DNA from: Camelus dromedarius
Taxonomy: Eukaryota
Length of the DNA stretch: 64,000 nt
Reading direction: 5' to 3'
Assembly (NCBI RefSeq): GCF_036321535.1
Contig: NC_087436.1
Coordinates: forward strand, 69,008,001-69,072,000
The first letter of the stretch is position 1. Every line of letters starts with the position of its first letter. The notes under the pieces were generated by a model. It made no database searches. It saw nothing but the letters and a program-made list of their open reading frames with translations, and was not told the DNA's origin. This document shows, piece by piece, positions 52,540 through 64,000 of the stretch. The position numbers were made by a program, and so were the translations under genes.

Positions 52540-53330
52540 TTAAAAATGGTAAGAAATCATCTGAAAAGAATATGACAGTTTCTTCAGAAATCAAACATAA
52601 GCTTACTATATGACCATGAATGCACTCTAAGCCATTAATCCCAAAGAAATGAATACTTATGTTCATACAGAAACCTAAACACAAATGTTATAGTACCTTT
52701 ATTAACAGTAGCCAAAAATTATAACCAAGTCAAATGCCCTTCAGTGGATAAATGGTAAACCAACTGTGGTACAACCATACTGTGGCTGTGGAATAATACA
52801 CAGCAGTAAAAAGGAATAAACTGTTGACACACACAACCTGCATCGATATCAAGGGAATCATGCTGAGTGAAAAAGCCAACCTCAAAAGTTTACATACTTT
52901 ATGATTCCATTCATATACCATTCTTGGAATGACAAAATTATAGATGGAGAATAGATTAATGGTTGCCAGGGGTTAGAGACTGGGGATGCTGCTAAGGAGG
53001 GAGCCAGGTGTCTGGATCATATGAGGAATCCTTATGATCAAACTATTCTGCATCTTGACTGTGGCGGTGGCACACAAATCCATATGTGAGACACATGGAA
53101 CATGCACACACATCCACATGTATAATTACATGTTTTAAAAACTGATAAAATCTCAAAAGGTTGATAGATTGCCTCATTGTCAACTTCCTGGTTGTGATAT
53201 TGTACTATAGCTAAACAAGATGTTACCATTTCCAGAAACTGGATAAAGGATACACAGGATCTCTCTGTATTATATTTTACAACTCTACATGAGTCTATGA
53301 TTATCTGAAAATAAAAAAGTTGTTTTTAAG
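52540..53330 (+). mobile_element. Old L1MC-type 3' end
   Basis: Typical 3' motifs (aaatgcccttcagtggataaatgg; ggttgccaggggttag; aataaaaaagtt). Confidence 0.65.
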
Positions 53331-55676
53331 TGGGTAAGGAATTTCAGAAAAGAGGATGTTATGGCCACTTGAGGGAGTCAAGGAAAGCTTCACGGAGGAG
53401 GCATCATTGGAACTAGACTGTAGCTCTTGATATGATCCAGTCACTCCATGGTTAATAAGGTTTATCATTTTTGAAAGTTGAAATGAAAAATTAGAATAAC
53501 AGTCGGAGAGCAACTTGACAGAATGTTTTAGAATGACCCCGATAAAACTTCTTTTGCAGAATCAGAATTAAAGAAGAAACAAGCCCATTCTGTTGCTCTA
53601 ATTATGTTTCAAAAATAATTATTTAACCTATTATAGTCAAGATAGTCAAGTAGCAATCATATAAAACAAGACTGTAGTTTTATTACAGTAACAGTTATAA
53701 TAGCACCATTTCTTGAACACCTACTCTGTTCCAAGAACTTTGCTAGAGAAGCACTTTCAAATATTATCTCATTCTAATTCACACTACAGTCATTTGAGGT
53801 AAATATTATTATCCTTACTTTATGAATGAGTATACTGAGGCTTAGAGTGTTTATGTAACTGGCTTAAATCACATATTTAGTGTAAAATCTGGGATTATTT
53901 CTTAAAAATCAATGTGTAAAAATAATAAAGCTGTATTTTCTACATAATACAAAAGTAAAAAGGTAGTTCAACAACATTTATTGAAAGACTACTATGCACA
54001 AAGCACTTCACTAGGTGCTGTAGGAAGAGAGATAAAAGACGTAGCTGAGGAACTGCCTGCTTTTTTCCACAATAAATAAGTATTATTTCAGCCATGACTT
54101 CTTAAACTTTTCCAATGAAGTGGTTAAAACAGACAAGTCCAAGAATGCTGAAACTTTTATATGTTATCTCTCAAAAGAAGCTGTCATTTAAAAAATCCAA
54201 TACTGTATTATCTATTTCTCTGTGCACACAAAGTTTCAGCTGTTGCTCACATATTCACTATGGCTTTAACTCTACTTCTCAAATCTTTCATTAAAATATA
54301 TATATATATATATCTCCCTGAGAAATATGATGCCATTTTGAAATTAAACATCTAAAATTTGTCCTTAATTTAAATCTCTTCAAATGTATTTGCAGAAGAA
54401 ATTACTTACATCACATGGCTTAAATTTTATTTTAGTTTGGAAACTCACCTCCAGATACCTGAAAAATACTATTCATAATGTCACTTTACCTGGATTCACT
54501 TTTAAACGCCTTCACAAAGATGAACTGTGTTCTTTCTGTTTTACAAGACCCTAACATAGAATGTCTACTGCAGTTTTCATTATTACTTGATGGTCCTGAC
54601 GTCGTTCTTCCCTGTATCTACCTATAGCTGTGGGTGCCATCTAGAGTCCCAACGGCAAAACATACTCCAAGGGAAATCAGTTTTTAACGGAACACTGAGA
54701 GTAATGTGGTTTGAAATGTACTTGTCTTTGTTTAAAATTCATCATTTTCCTCAATTTTTAAAAAGTATTTCATTAAATAGAATAAAAACAGCTTATGCAA
54801 AATGTTTAACACTGTCGATTCTTGTCAGATTTCATATCTTATTTTAGCCAAGTGCCTAAAATTTGATCAGTTCATATGCCAATGTTATTTGGGCTAATAA
54901 ATGTCAGATTTTTCCTACTAATGTTACTTTCAAAGTGGTTATGGTACAATACAGAATTTGTATGAGTAGCTGTATACGATGAGGAAAGGGTAATGGAAAG
55001 ATTGAGTGAAATCTCACCATTAACATGTACGTGTGCCATGGCACCAGTGCTTACTTCATAATGGCCCGGGTCACTTGAATGTTGTGTCTCTAACAGCCCA
55101 GTAGTGGTTTACCAAAGCCAAAATTATGAAGGTGGTTGATATTAGGCTTTCTCTTCAGTTTTCTGTCCAGGCAGTGAGCAACTCGGTGCCATGCTAGATG
55201 TAACAGGGAGGCAGTTTCCAGGATGAATTCCCTCTGATATCTTTCCATCTAAGCCCAGAGGAGTCTAAGAGGCCCATGGTCCAAGTGTGGAGTGCAAATG
55301 CGATAGGGGGAGGAACCTGCAATCATCTCAAAATAGAGGTCCCACCTCCAGCTTTATTTGCACAGCTGCAATTACACACTAACACTGGGTCCTTATTCCC
55401 CTTCAAGGCTTTGCAGTTTGGGAAAGCTTTAAATATAAATACACAAGCAATTGGTCATAATCCTATTTCATCCATTAGTTTGTACTGAATCTATCTTCAT
55501 TCCCTCCTATTCAACTGTACAAAAATCTCACCATATAAGGTATGCTGGTTGATCTTAAGTGAATTTTCATTCTAGTGAATTTTCAAATTTTAAAAGAATT
55601 TGCAATAAATTGATTATTGACATTTCCCCATCTTTCCCTTCTTCATCAATTATCATAATGTCAAGCAAAAGGATGA

Positions 55677-55720
55677 TTTATTATTATTATTATTATTATT
55701 ATTTATTCTTATTATTATTA
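55677..55720 (+). repeat. (TAT)n microsatellite in the likely TMPRSS11E 3'UTR
   Basis: ttattattattattattattatttattcttattattatta; it creates minus-strand AATAAA hexamers about 700 nt after the stop. Confidence 0.8.
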
Positions 55721-56408
55721 AATATTGATATTCTTAGTAGTGCAATGTTACATAATTATTATTTGCTAGAACTTAGAATAAGCCCATTATATAGAGTTTG
55801 TATACTTAGCGTTGGCCACAAGAAAGCAGAATCTTCCCCACATTTATCTCTGTAGTTGTTTGCTGGAAATAAAAATAAAGCTGTATCTTGGTTTCTCTTT
55901 AGTTCCTTAACTTAGTTCCCATTCTTTTTCCATCATGAAGTATTTGGTATTCTGTTGTCTGTTTGCTTGACCTTTCGTAATGATTATGATCATTTTCCTC
56001 ATTCCATAAAGAAAAAAATACTAATGCTTTTCTACACATGAAAAATGTAGTTCTTTCCTTTTCATATTTCCTTTCAGTCTCTGTCCTACACCTTGAAAGT
56101 GGAAATTTACTGATATGAGAGAAGCTGAGGAAATGAAGGAAGGGATCACTTCAAATTGTGTACGTGCATGAGAAATTGATGTTAACAAGCTAAAATCTGA
56201 TGACAGTAAACTTCTAGAGAACAAGTGAATGCAAGTTGGGACGGAATCCATCTGGCAGAAGTTAGGAAGGACATATATGCACATACAAGCAGACAGTTTA
56301 GTTCGATCAGACAAATCTAGGTGATCTGCAAGGCTTCTTCTGCAATTCTGTATCTTTAAGAATGGCCTGTATATAAAAATGTGTTCTACTCTACTGGGTT
56401 TTTCTCTC

Positions 56409-56570
56409 CTAGACACCGGTTTTGGAAGCGATCCAGCCCCGGAAAGCAGTCACTCTAGTATAAACGCTGGGCTTATTGGGTGCCCCGCAACCATCGCCCC
56501 AGCTCACTATTCCAGCAAGGTACCAGGTATCTCTAGCATCTGGAGTAACCAGTGGTCCTCCGGAATCACC
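56409..56570 (-). CDS. TMPRSS11E: TMPRSS11E exon 10 (catalytic Ser, stop)
   Basis: cctttag|GGTGATTCC...; [53 protein letters not shown]. Confidence 0.93.
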   Translation of the reverse strand, partial: GDSGGPLVTPDARDTWYLAGIVSWGDGCGAPNKPSVYTRVTAFRGWIASKTGV

Positions 56571-58599
56571 CTAAAGGAAAAGGGAGAAAGTAGTCATTAA
56601 TAATTTAGTTCGTTACAGAGAAATCTACTACTTTTCTAATTTGAGTTTAATGAAAAGGGCGATTTTCAAAAGTCTTCTATGTGCTCCCCTCTACCTATGC
56701 CAGTGACTCACGGTAAGGAGGAACTCCCCTACCTGGAGAACTGGCTTAGACTCAGGGTTCAGAAAACTGAGATTAAAGGCGCCATCTCTTTGCAGAATGG
56801 TACTTATCTGATACATCCGTCAAAGCAACTGTCCGTTTTCTTTATGAGTGTGACACAGTTCCCAAAAGAAAGGTGAAGGGTTTATTACCGATGAAAAGCA
56901 TGGACATTAAAGTCAGACACCTGGGTTTAAATCTCAAGTCTGGCCCTTCCAAGCTAAGACCTTTAATTTACTTCTTTGTAATGCTTCTAATAATACCTAC
57001 CTCCAAGGATAATTTTGAAGATTACGGAAGACAGTGTATGTAATGTGCTTACCATGGAGCCTGGCACAAAACAGAACTTAGTAAATATGTATATAAAATC
57101 ACAAATTCCACACAATTGTTTATGTCTTGCAAACTCCAAAGGGCTGTTTCTTTATACAAGTCATAAAAACAAGGTACTGGATGATCTTTCTGAAAAATCC
57201 TGGGGTCTCTATTCACTGACCACCCGTCAACACTGGAACAACAAGCTGGAAAATAAGGTGACATCCAGCAAGTATCAAATAGAGAAAGATGTAATCTGCT
57301 CTGCTAACACTAGTTAGCTCACACTCGAGGAAAAAGGAAAAGGGGAGTATGGACGTTGCGATGACTTATACGTGTTTTGTTTTAGTAAAGGACAGAATAA
57401 TGGGAGTAGAAGTACAATCTTCAGGAAAAAAAGGAAAAGGTCTCAGCTCCACTACTGCACAGGCAGAAGCCTTTGAGGCTTTATTTTAAGAAAATGTTAA
57501 AAGAATCCCTGTGCCTGGGAACCTTCTCCCTGCCCAGAGAGACACACCCCAGACTTGCTTAATTCTTGGGTCCTGGCAGGTTACACTTCCTCCTCTACTG
57601 AAGCTACATTCCCATGGGCATTGTCTAAGCCTCTGCAAGCTGGTATTTCTACTCTGTTGTTTCTGTGCATTTTTAACTTCCTCTAAGTCAGCCACCAGCC
57701 ACTCCGGGCATTCTGCCTACCTACACTGTCCACGTTGTTTTTCAAGGTCCAGTTAATTGTTGTTAATTCTCTGCTTACAAAATTGCACAGCCTTTGAGGG
57801 GGGCTTTTGGTCTGTATCTAACCCTATTTTTCTCATAAATCCAGTTATTTTTAGCGAGTGGTTTAGTGAGAAACAGAACAAGAAGCTTATTCAAGAATAT
57901 ATATATACCACAACAGAAACTTTTAAAACGAGAAAAAGAAAGTCAAACCAGGAAGCAATTAAGGTGATCAAAATATGAAGTAAGGTGATGGACTAGATGA
58001 GGATGTTAACAGAAAGAATGGAGACAAAGAGATAAATTTGGAAGAAATGGTAAAGGGGAAAAATATTCTATAACTTACTTGATTACACGTGAAGGAGATT
58101 TAAGAGTAAAAGAAGATTCCAAGCATAATAAGATCCAACAACACAAATGAGAAAGTTGAAAATGAAAAAACAGGTAACATTTCATGATGCCTGTTGAGTT
58201 TAAGATGGCACATACACACATTTTAGTCTTATACTAACAATTTAAAATATATAAATGGAAATGGTTTTGAAGTGGGTGGAAACGTGAGACTGAATTTGGG
58301 CAAGAGGTTGATTTTGGAGATATAGGTTTGGAAGTCACTAAAGTGACAGCTGATTTAAAGAAAAGAAAAGATAATTTCTTTGAGTGAGTATATAGAGAGC
58401 AGAAAAAAAAAATGAAAAGATTCTTTAGGAATAGCCAAACTTAGAGAGAGGGAGAGAAAGAGAAACCATAATAAGTAACCAGAAAAGAGTGATTGAAGAA
58501 AGAGGGAGATTAGGAAGTCAGCATATTTCAGGATCATAGAACCCAAAGAAAGATCATATTTTAGGAGGAGGTAGCCACATGTACCATCATGTTTGAAAA

Positions 58600-60100
58600 A
58601 AATGAAAAAATAAGAAGTTTCAGCAAAGAAATGCCATATATAAAGGATCAAATGGAAGTCTCAGAACTGAAAGATATAATAATCAAAAGAAAACTTCCCT
58701 ATATGTGCTTAGAGAAGAATGAAGATGACAGAAGGAAAAAAAATCAGTAAACTTAAAGATAGAACGATAGAAATTTCTCAGTTTGAACAACAAAGAAAAG
58801 GCAGAACAGAAAAAAAAAAATGAACAAGAACTCAGGGACCTCTGAGAGTATAACAAAAGAGGTAACATTCCTATCATTAGAGTCCCAGAAAGAGACAAAA
58901 ACGTATAGGGCTGAAAAAGTATTCAAAGGAAAAAAATGGCTGAAAATCTCCCAAATTTATCAAAGGACGTAAACCTGCAGATTGAAAAGCTAAGCAAACT
59001 CTAAACAGGATAGCCCAGAGAAAGCCATGCTAAGATACATAATCAAACTTCTGAAAACTAAAGACAGAGAAAAATTCTTGAACACAGGGAGAAATGACAC
59101 CTCACCTATAAAGGGAAAACAATTCTAACAGGGGAATCCTCATCAGAAATCCCAGAGGGCATGATTTAAGTGCTGAAAAAAAAAGAACTGTCAATCTTAA
59201 ATTCTATATCTGGCAAAATCACACTTTAGAAATGCATAGGAAATAAAGAATTTTGAAAATGAAAAAAAAAAAAGATCTAAGGAAATTTTTCACCAGCAGA
59301 TCTACATCAAGAGAATGGCTAAAGGAAGTTTCTGAAACAGAAAAGAAATGATAAAGGAAGAACCTTAGAAAACTAGAAGGAAAGAAAGAACAGACTTCCC
59401 TTCTCCTCTTGAGTTTTCTAAGTTATGTTTGGCACTTGAATCAAAAACATTGTCTGCTGTGGCTCTCAATATATAAAGGAGAACTATTTAGTATTTGTAT
59501 TTATTAATATTCAATATTATAAATGAGAAAGGGTAAAGAGCCTTAAGGGGAGGTAAGTTTTCTATTCTAAACTCCACTCAAACTAGTAAAATTCCAATAC
59601 CAGTAGACTGTTGATAAGTTATGTGTATTTAGCTAAGAGGAACCACACAATTTTTCTACAGAGAGAATCTTTTGTAGGTCAAAAACACAAATAGCTAAAT
59701 CAAAATGGAATTCTTGAAAAAAAAAAGTTACTGTATGGTTCTGTTTACATGACACTCTCAAAATTACAAAAGTATAGAGATGGAGAACATATTAGTGATT
59801 CTCAGGTGTTAGTGATGGTGAAGTGGTGGGTGAGGAGAGTGAATGTTATTATAAAGGGAAACCTCTATGCTGATAGAAGAGTTCTCAACTGCAGTGATGA
59901 TTACACAAATCTGCACATGTGTTAAAAAAAAAAAAAAACCCAAAACCTAGAAGCACACATTGTACCAAGGTTCATTTCCTAGCTTTTACATTGTGCTATA
60001 GTTATGTGAGATATAACCATTGGGAAAAACTGATTGAAGGGCCTCTCTATACTATCTTTGCAACTTCTGTAAAGCTATAATTATTTTAAAGTAAAAGGTG
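58600..60100 (+). mobile_element. Old L1M (ORF1 plus 3' end) in TMPRSS11E intron 9
   Basis: Degenerate ORF1 (agtcccagaaagag; atggctgaaaatctcccaaattt) and an L1MC-type 3' end. Confidence 0.7.
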
Positions 60101-60129
60101 AACAAAAAGTTATGCAGCAAACCACTTAC

Positions 60130-60272
60130 GAGGCATGCATCTCTATTTCCCTTCAAGGAGCCAGCACATAACATTCTAGGAGTTATGGTATTATTGTAAA
60201 TTTGTGGTTGGTTACAGGTTTCAGTGTCGATGAAATCCACTTGTACTTGCTGAAGACAATTTTGACTGATAT
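60130..60272 (-). CDS. TMPRSS11E: TMPRSS11E exon 9
   Basis: 143 nt; [48 protein letters not shown]; donor gtaagt. Confidence 0.93.
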
Positions 60273-60868
60273 CTAAAGGGAAGAAAATAGACTTTATATT
60301 AATAGATATACATATATTCTGTAAACCTGTAGAAAATCTTTTATAACTATTGGATAAGATGGTGGCACAGAATCTTAGGATATGTATTTTGTCAGATACA
60401 GTAATATTTGTGAAAATTTTTTTCTATTTTAAATGAAAAGTTAGGTGCCTAGGAAAGGACCTCAAGTTGTTTAAGTAATTTTTATTCCATTGTTGGGCTT
60501 AGAAGGTAATTTCAGTAGGTAAGAATGGTGGCTTTATGAGTCTCTGATCCTCACAGTTGGGTATGTGTGTTAATGATCCCTAATCTCTGATGTAGTTAAT
60601 TCCCTAATACAAATTTCAGACATAGTCACTCTTTCAAACACCTTACCAAGCACCATGACTAAAGTAGTAGTGATGAACTTGATAGTAACCTAAGGCATGA
60701 AGGAATTTACGTGTCTTCTAAATGACTTGGTTCACAAGTAGAGCCTGGCTTGGCCCACGTCCACATGACCAACCATCAACATATTTCGGCATAATGACAT
60801 TCCATTCTTTAAATGCATTAGAATACTGAATTAGATTACTATGACTTGACTTTCTCCCAGATGCTCAC

Positions 60869-61128
60869 TTTCATTTCGCAGTGCTCCAAATCCTGTCACG
60901 AACATCACATTATCGGGGTGGAATTCATAGGATGCATCAGGGAGACAAATTCTGTGTACTGCATTTGTGTAAGGAACGGGGCTAGAAAGCTCTGCAACCG
61001 AAATATCATAGTCGTGCGACGGGTATTTGTAATTTTCATGGACAATTATCCTCCGGAGGCCCCGTTCTATTTTCGGAGGCATTAATGTTACTCCAAAGGA
61101 AGCAGTCCATCTGGCTGGGTCCTTATAC
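60869..61128 (-). CDS. TMPRSS11E: TMPRSS11E exon 8 (catalytic Asp)
   Basis: 260 nt; [47 protein letters not shown]...[11 protein letters not shown]; donor gtgagc. Confidence 0.93.
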
Positions 61129-61516
61129 CTGAGGAGAAAGTATGAGGAACAAATTTCACTTTGTACATGTTATCAATATAACCATTTATATTAAATAATT
61201 CAGTGGACAGGTGTCAATATAAGTTTTATTTGTTAAATTATAGTTTCTGTATATAGAAACAAATTCCAAGCTAATGTTCGGAGGACAGATCTTGTGGAAA
61301 TACCATGGTGGCATGTTTCTCAGGCTATGCATGCCTCTCTGCATGCTGAGTCACCCCCTCTAGACCCTAGGATTGTTTGACATTGCTGGGCATCAGTGTC
61401 TCCAAGGGGCATTTGGAGAGCAAATCCTGGACAGAATGAGAGAACAGAATGTCTTATTTTATGTGCACCATGTTGCCTATCTATGAACATACACAATTCT
61501 CTAAAAATCAAAAATG

Positions 61517-61603
61517 CTGGAGGCAAGGGTATAGCTCAGTGTCAGGGGACATGCTTAGCATGCACAAGGTCCTGGGTTCAATCCCTAGTACCTTCATTTA
61601 AAA
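61517..61603 (+). mobile_element. tRNA-derived SINE (Vic-1-like) in TMPRSS11E intron 7
   Basis: A box (tagctcagtg) and B box (gggttcaatccc); TSD aaaaatcaaaaatg at 61503-61516 and 61604-61617. Confidence 0.8.
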
Positions 61604-62135
61604 AAAAATCAAAAATGGTACACAATAATTTAACAAGGCATTACTTATCCTGTATACTGTAGACATTTTGCACTGGATTGGAAGATTGAATTGAAATTCC
61701 TTGAAATATAACTAGTCAGCCTATTCAGTTGTATAATTTTTTTCATATTTAAGTTTTCTCTTACCATGTGGAATTTCCCCATTGGTGTCAAACCTATAAT
61801 CTACCTGGCCTCCATCGCTGATAGATATGCAGTAGAGATATACAGCTCTTCTCTTTAACACCAAGCTCCAAATCCAAAGATGACTTTAAAATTCCTGCTT
61901 CCTTTGACCAACTGTTGTGTAGTTGTCAATGGATAATTTATCTACATGTACTTTGATGTCACTTCCATTGCCAGACTCTAAAACCTCTTACTAAGGTTTA
62001 TGAGTTCCCCGCTCTCTTTGTGATGTATGTATTATCTTTAATTTATATTGAACTCGTCTCTCATGAGGTATTTCCTTCCTGCCAAGCCCACAATCCTTTG
62101 CTGACCCTCAGTCATTCTCATGGATCAGGATTTAC

Positions 62136-62313
62136 CTTCTAAAGCAGTGGGCAGCACTCACAAGCCATGTGCCATTAATTAAAGTCGCTCCACAGCGATG
62201 TCTCCCATCCCATCGCAGGCTAGCCTGCCACGGCCATTCATCCTCTTGTGCCTCTGTCCCACCAACAACCATGACCCTATATTTTGCAGTTTTGTTCCTT
62301 CGTGTCCCACAGC
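62136..62313 (-). CDS. TMPRSS11E: TMPRSS11E exon 7 (activation segment, catalytic His)
   Basis: 178 nt; [58 protein letters not shown]; donor gtaaat. Confidence 0.93.
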
Positions 62314-63525
62314 CTGCCAAAGAGAGATGTTGCATTAGTTAGCAGTCGCTTTTAAGTATCAAATTGTGTCATTATGTCTCAAATTTCTTATACTTTGTAT
62401 TCCAGTAGTATCAAACATTTTTTCCTACTCTTACCTTTCCTTAAATTGTAGTGTTTCATATTTAACTCCTATTCATTTTGTAAGAGTTAAATCAGTCATT
62501 ACTTCCTCTAGAATGCCTTCTCTAATAATTCCCCTGCCTCCAAACTGGATTAGTTACAACTTTCTTGATTCTTACAGAATAATAATAAAAACAGTAAACT
62601 CTTTCTTTCTATGTGTGTGTATATACATATGTACATATATCTCCGTTTATATATTTCTACTAATATATATTAGTAATATATTATATATATGCTTATGATA
62701 CTAACATATTAGTACTAGAATATATACACATATATATTATATCCTTGTTGCCTAACACAGCACTGGCACATAGCAGGTTTCCAATAAATAATGGTGGCAA
62801 AAATATATGCTGTTTAGGTAATGAGATCATCCTTTGGTTTTATGTTTAGTTAGGTTTGTGAACTAACCAACTTTCTGAGCTGGTGAGTAGCACATTTCCT
62901 TCCAACTTTCAAGATAAATGTATTGTGTGCTAATTCTGTTGACTATGAAATGCATTCTCTAAATCAGAGTAGGGTACTATGCTATAGGGGAAGGGAAACA
63001 CTAGGCCTAGAGTCAGCACTTTTAAAATATGGGTGAAGGTATTATCTGGACCTTCAACAATTTCATCAGTATATACCCCAATCTCATAATTGTCTGCAAT
63101 TTTTATAATATGGGATTAATATTATCAAGATTTTATTTAGTGTACAGTAACACTGCTTCTGTCTCTACCTGAAAAAATATCAACATACAGACCACTTTTA
63201 TATAATCTTTAGAAAACTTTCATGAGGGTATATTGTAGATATCTGCAATCAAAACAGTGAGAATTTTTTTGCCTTTTCTTGAAAAACTGCACAACTCACT
63301 TCCACTACACATCTGCCACTGGCTCCACACATCTGTTCCAAAGCCCTCCCAATTTTTATCCTTTTGCAATAAAATGTGCCTCAAATATAAGATAAAACAC
63401 CATAGATGTGTACAGATCAAACTTTATTCTGACCCTATAATACCAACAAAGTAAGCCTAAATAATCTAGAGTTAACTTTTTACATTCAGGTAATGCATCT
63501 TTAATAAATAATGTATTAAACTTAC

Positions 63526-63564
63526 AATTGCTCAGAAAGTCGTCTGTTTCTGTCTTGTTGATTT
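63526..63564 (-). CDS. TMPRSS11E: TMPRSS11E exon 6
   Basis: 39 nt, tttcag|AAATCAAC...AATT|gtaagt; INKTETDDFLSNC. Confidence 0.9.
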
Positions 63565-64000
63565 CTGAAACACAGAAATGGTGAATAGAACAGGGTCAGC
63601 GTATCAGAATTACATAATGCCTCTGAATACTTCAACAACTAAAGGTTGCTCAATTCCATTATAAGATAATAGCTCTAGATTGTTTAAAAAACAAACAAAC
63701 AAGGAACATAGGTAGTTTATCATAGACTTAGTATGTTCACTGCCTTGAGGAAAAGGGAGGTTTGAACAGTGTTTCCTAAACTCAAGTGTGACTGAAAGTC
63801 ACCTAGAGAGTGTTGTTGCTGTAAATGCCTGCTCCTTCCCGGTAATTCCAACTCGGCAGCTCTGTGCTGTGAGGCAGGAACCTGAGTGTTACAGCAGGTG
63901 CAGATGTTCCACAGCCTCTCTGCGGGCAGTGCCGCGCTATAGTGCTGATCCCCCAAATACAGTGATATTTTTATTGACCATTATTTCAGATTTTGTTTTT

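Larger units (their letters stand above)
56409..63564 (-). other. TMPRSS11E: TMPRSS11E (DESC1) or 11E-like gene, exons 6-10; 5' exons beyond the right edge
   Basis: Five GT-AG exons of 39/178/260/143/162 nt splice in frame. Motifs [52 protein letters not shown] and GDSGGP match recalled DESC1. Confidence 0.9.

Noticed and set aside
55275..55358. AATAAA plus a strong-Kozak ATG (ACCATGG) on the minus strand as a separate small gene
   Set aside because: The frame closes after 27 codons, and the hexamer could equally be a distal TMPRSS11E polyA signal.
56021..56416. 131-aa ORF overlapping the TMPRSS11E stop
   Set aside because: Out-of-frame 3'UTR sequence with a non-ATG start and no recognisable protein features.
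61525..61595. tRNA-Ala-like sequence
   Set aside because: Degenerate stems, an A-tail and TSDs identify it as a SINE, not a tRNA gene.
1..64000. CRISPR arrays, operons or other prokaryotic-type systems
   Set aside because: No regularly spaced repeats or dense ORF structure; the window is intron- and retroelement-rich mammalian DNA.

Overview
AT-rich, repeat-rich mammalian genomic DNA, probably camelid judging by Vic-1-like tRNA-derived SINEs. It covers part of the HAT/DESC (TMPRSS11) type II transmembrane serine protease cluster, with three genes in tandem on the minus strand. (1) Coding exons 1-4 of a TMPRSS11BNL-type gene (944-7538), which continues off the left edge. (2) A complete, intact 10-exon TMPRSS11B (17294-28494; 1254-nt CDS, 417 aa by manual splicing). 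(3) Exons 6-10 of a TMPRSS11E/DESC1-type gene (56409-63564), whose 5' part lies beyond the right edge. A young, full-length but disabled LINE-1 with a 13-bp TSD (31209-38325, + strand) sits head-to-head about 2.7 kb upstream of TMPRSS11B. Solo LTRs, MaLRs, L2, MIR and old L1 fragments fill much of the rest. The most notable observation is in the TMPRSS11E copy. It keeps an intact frame and catalytic triad, but the canonical R|IVGG activation site reads YRVM|VVGG, with Ser226 and Leu192 at the specificity pocket. Also noted: the Asn193-Asp-Ser195 motif of TMPRSS11B, a proximal promoter block shared by the two 11B paralogues, and a speculative decayed spliced gene between 11E and 11B. Gene and repeat names come from recalled family sequences, not from database searches. 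No prokaryotic-type systems (CRISPR etc.) are present.
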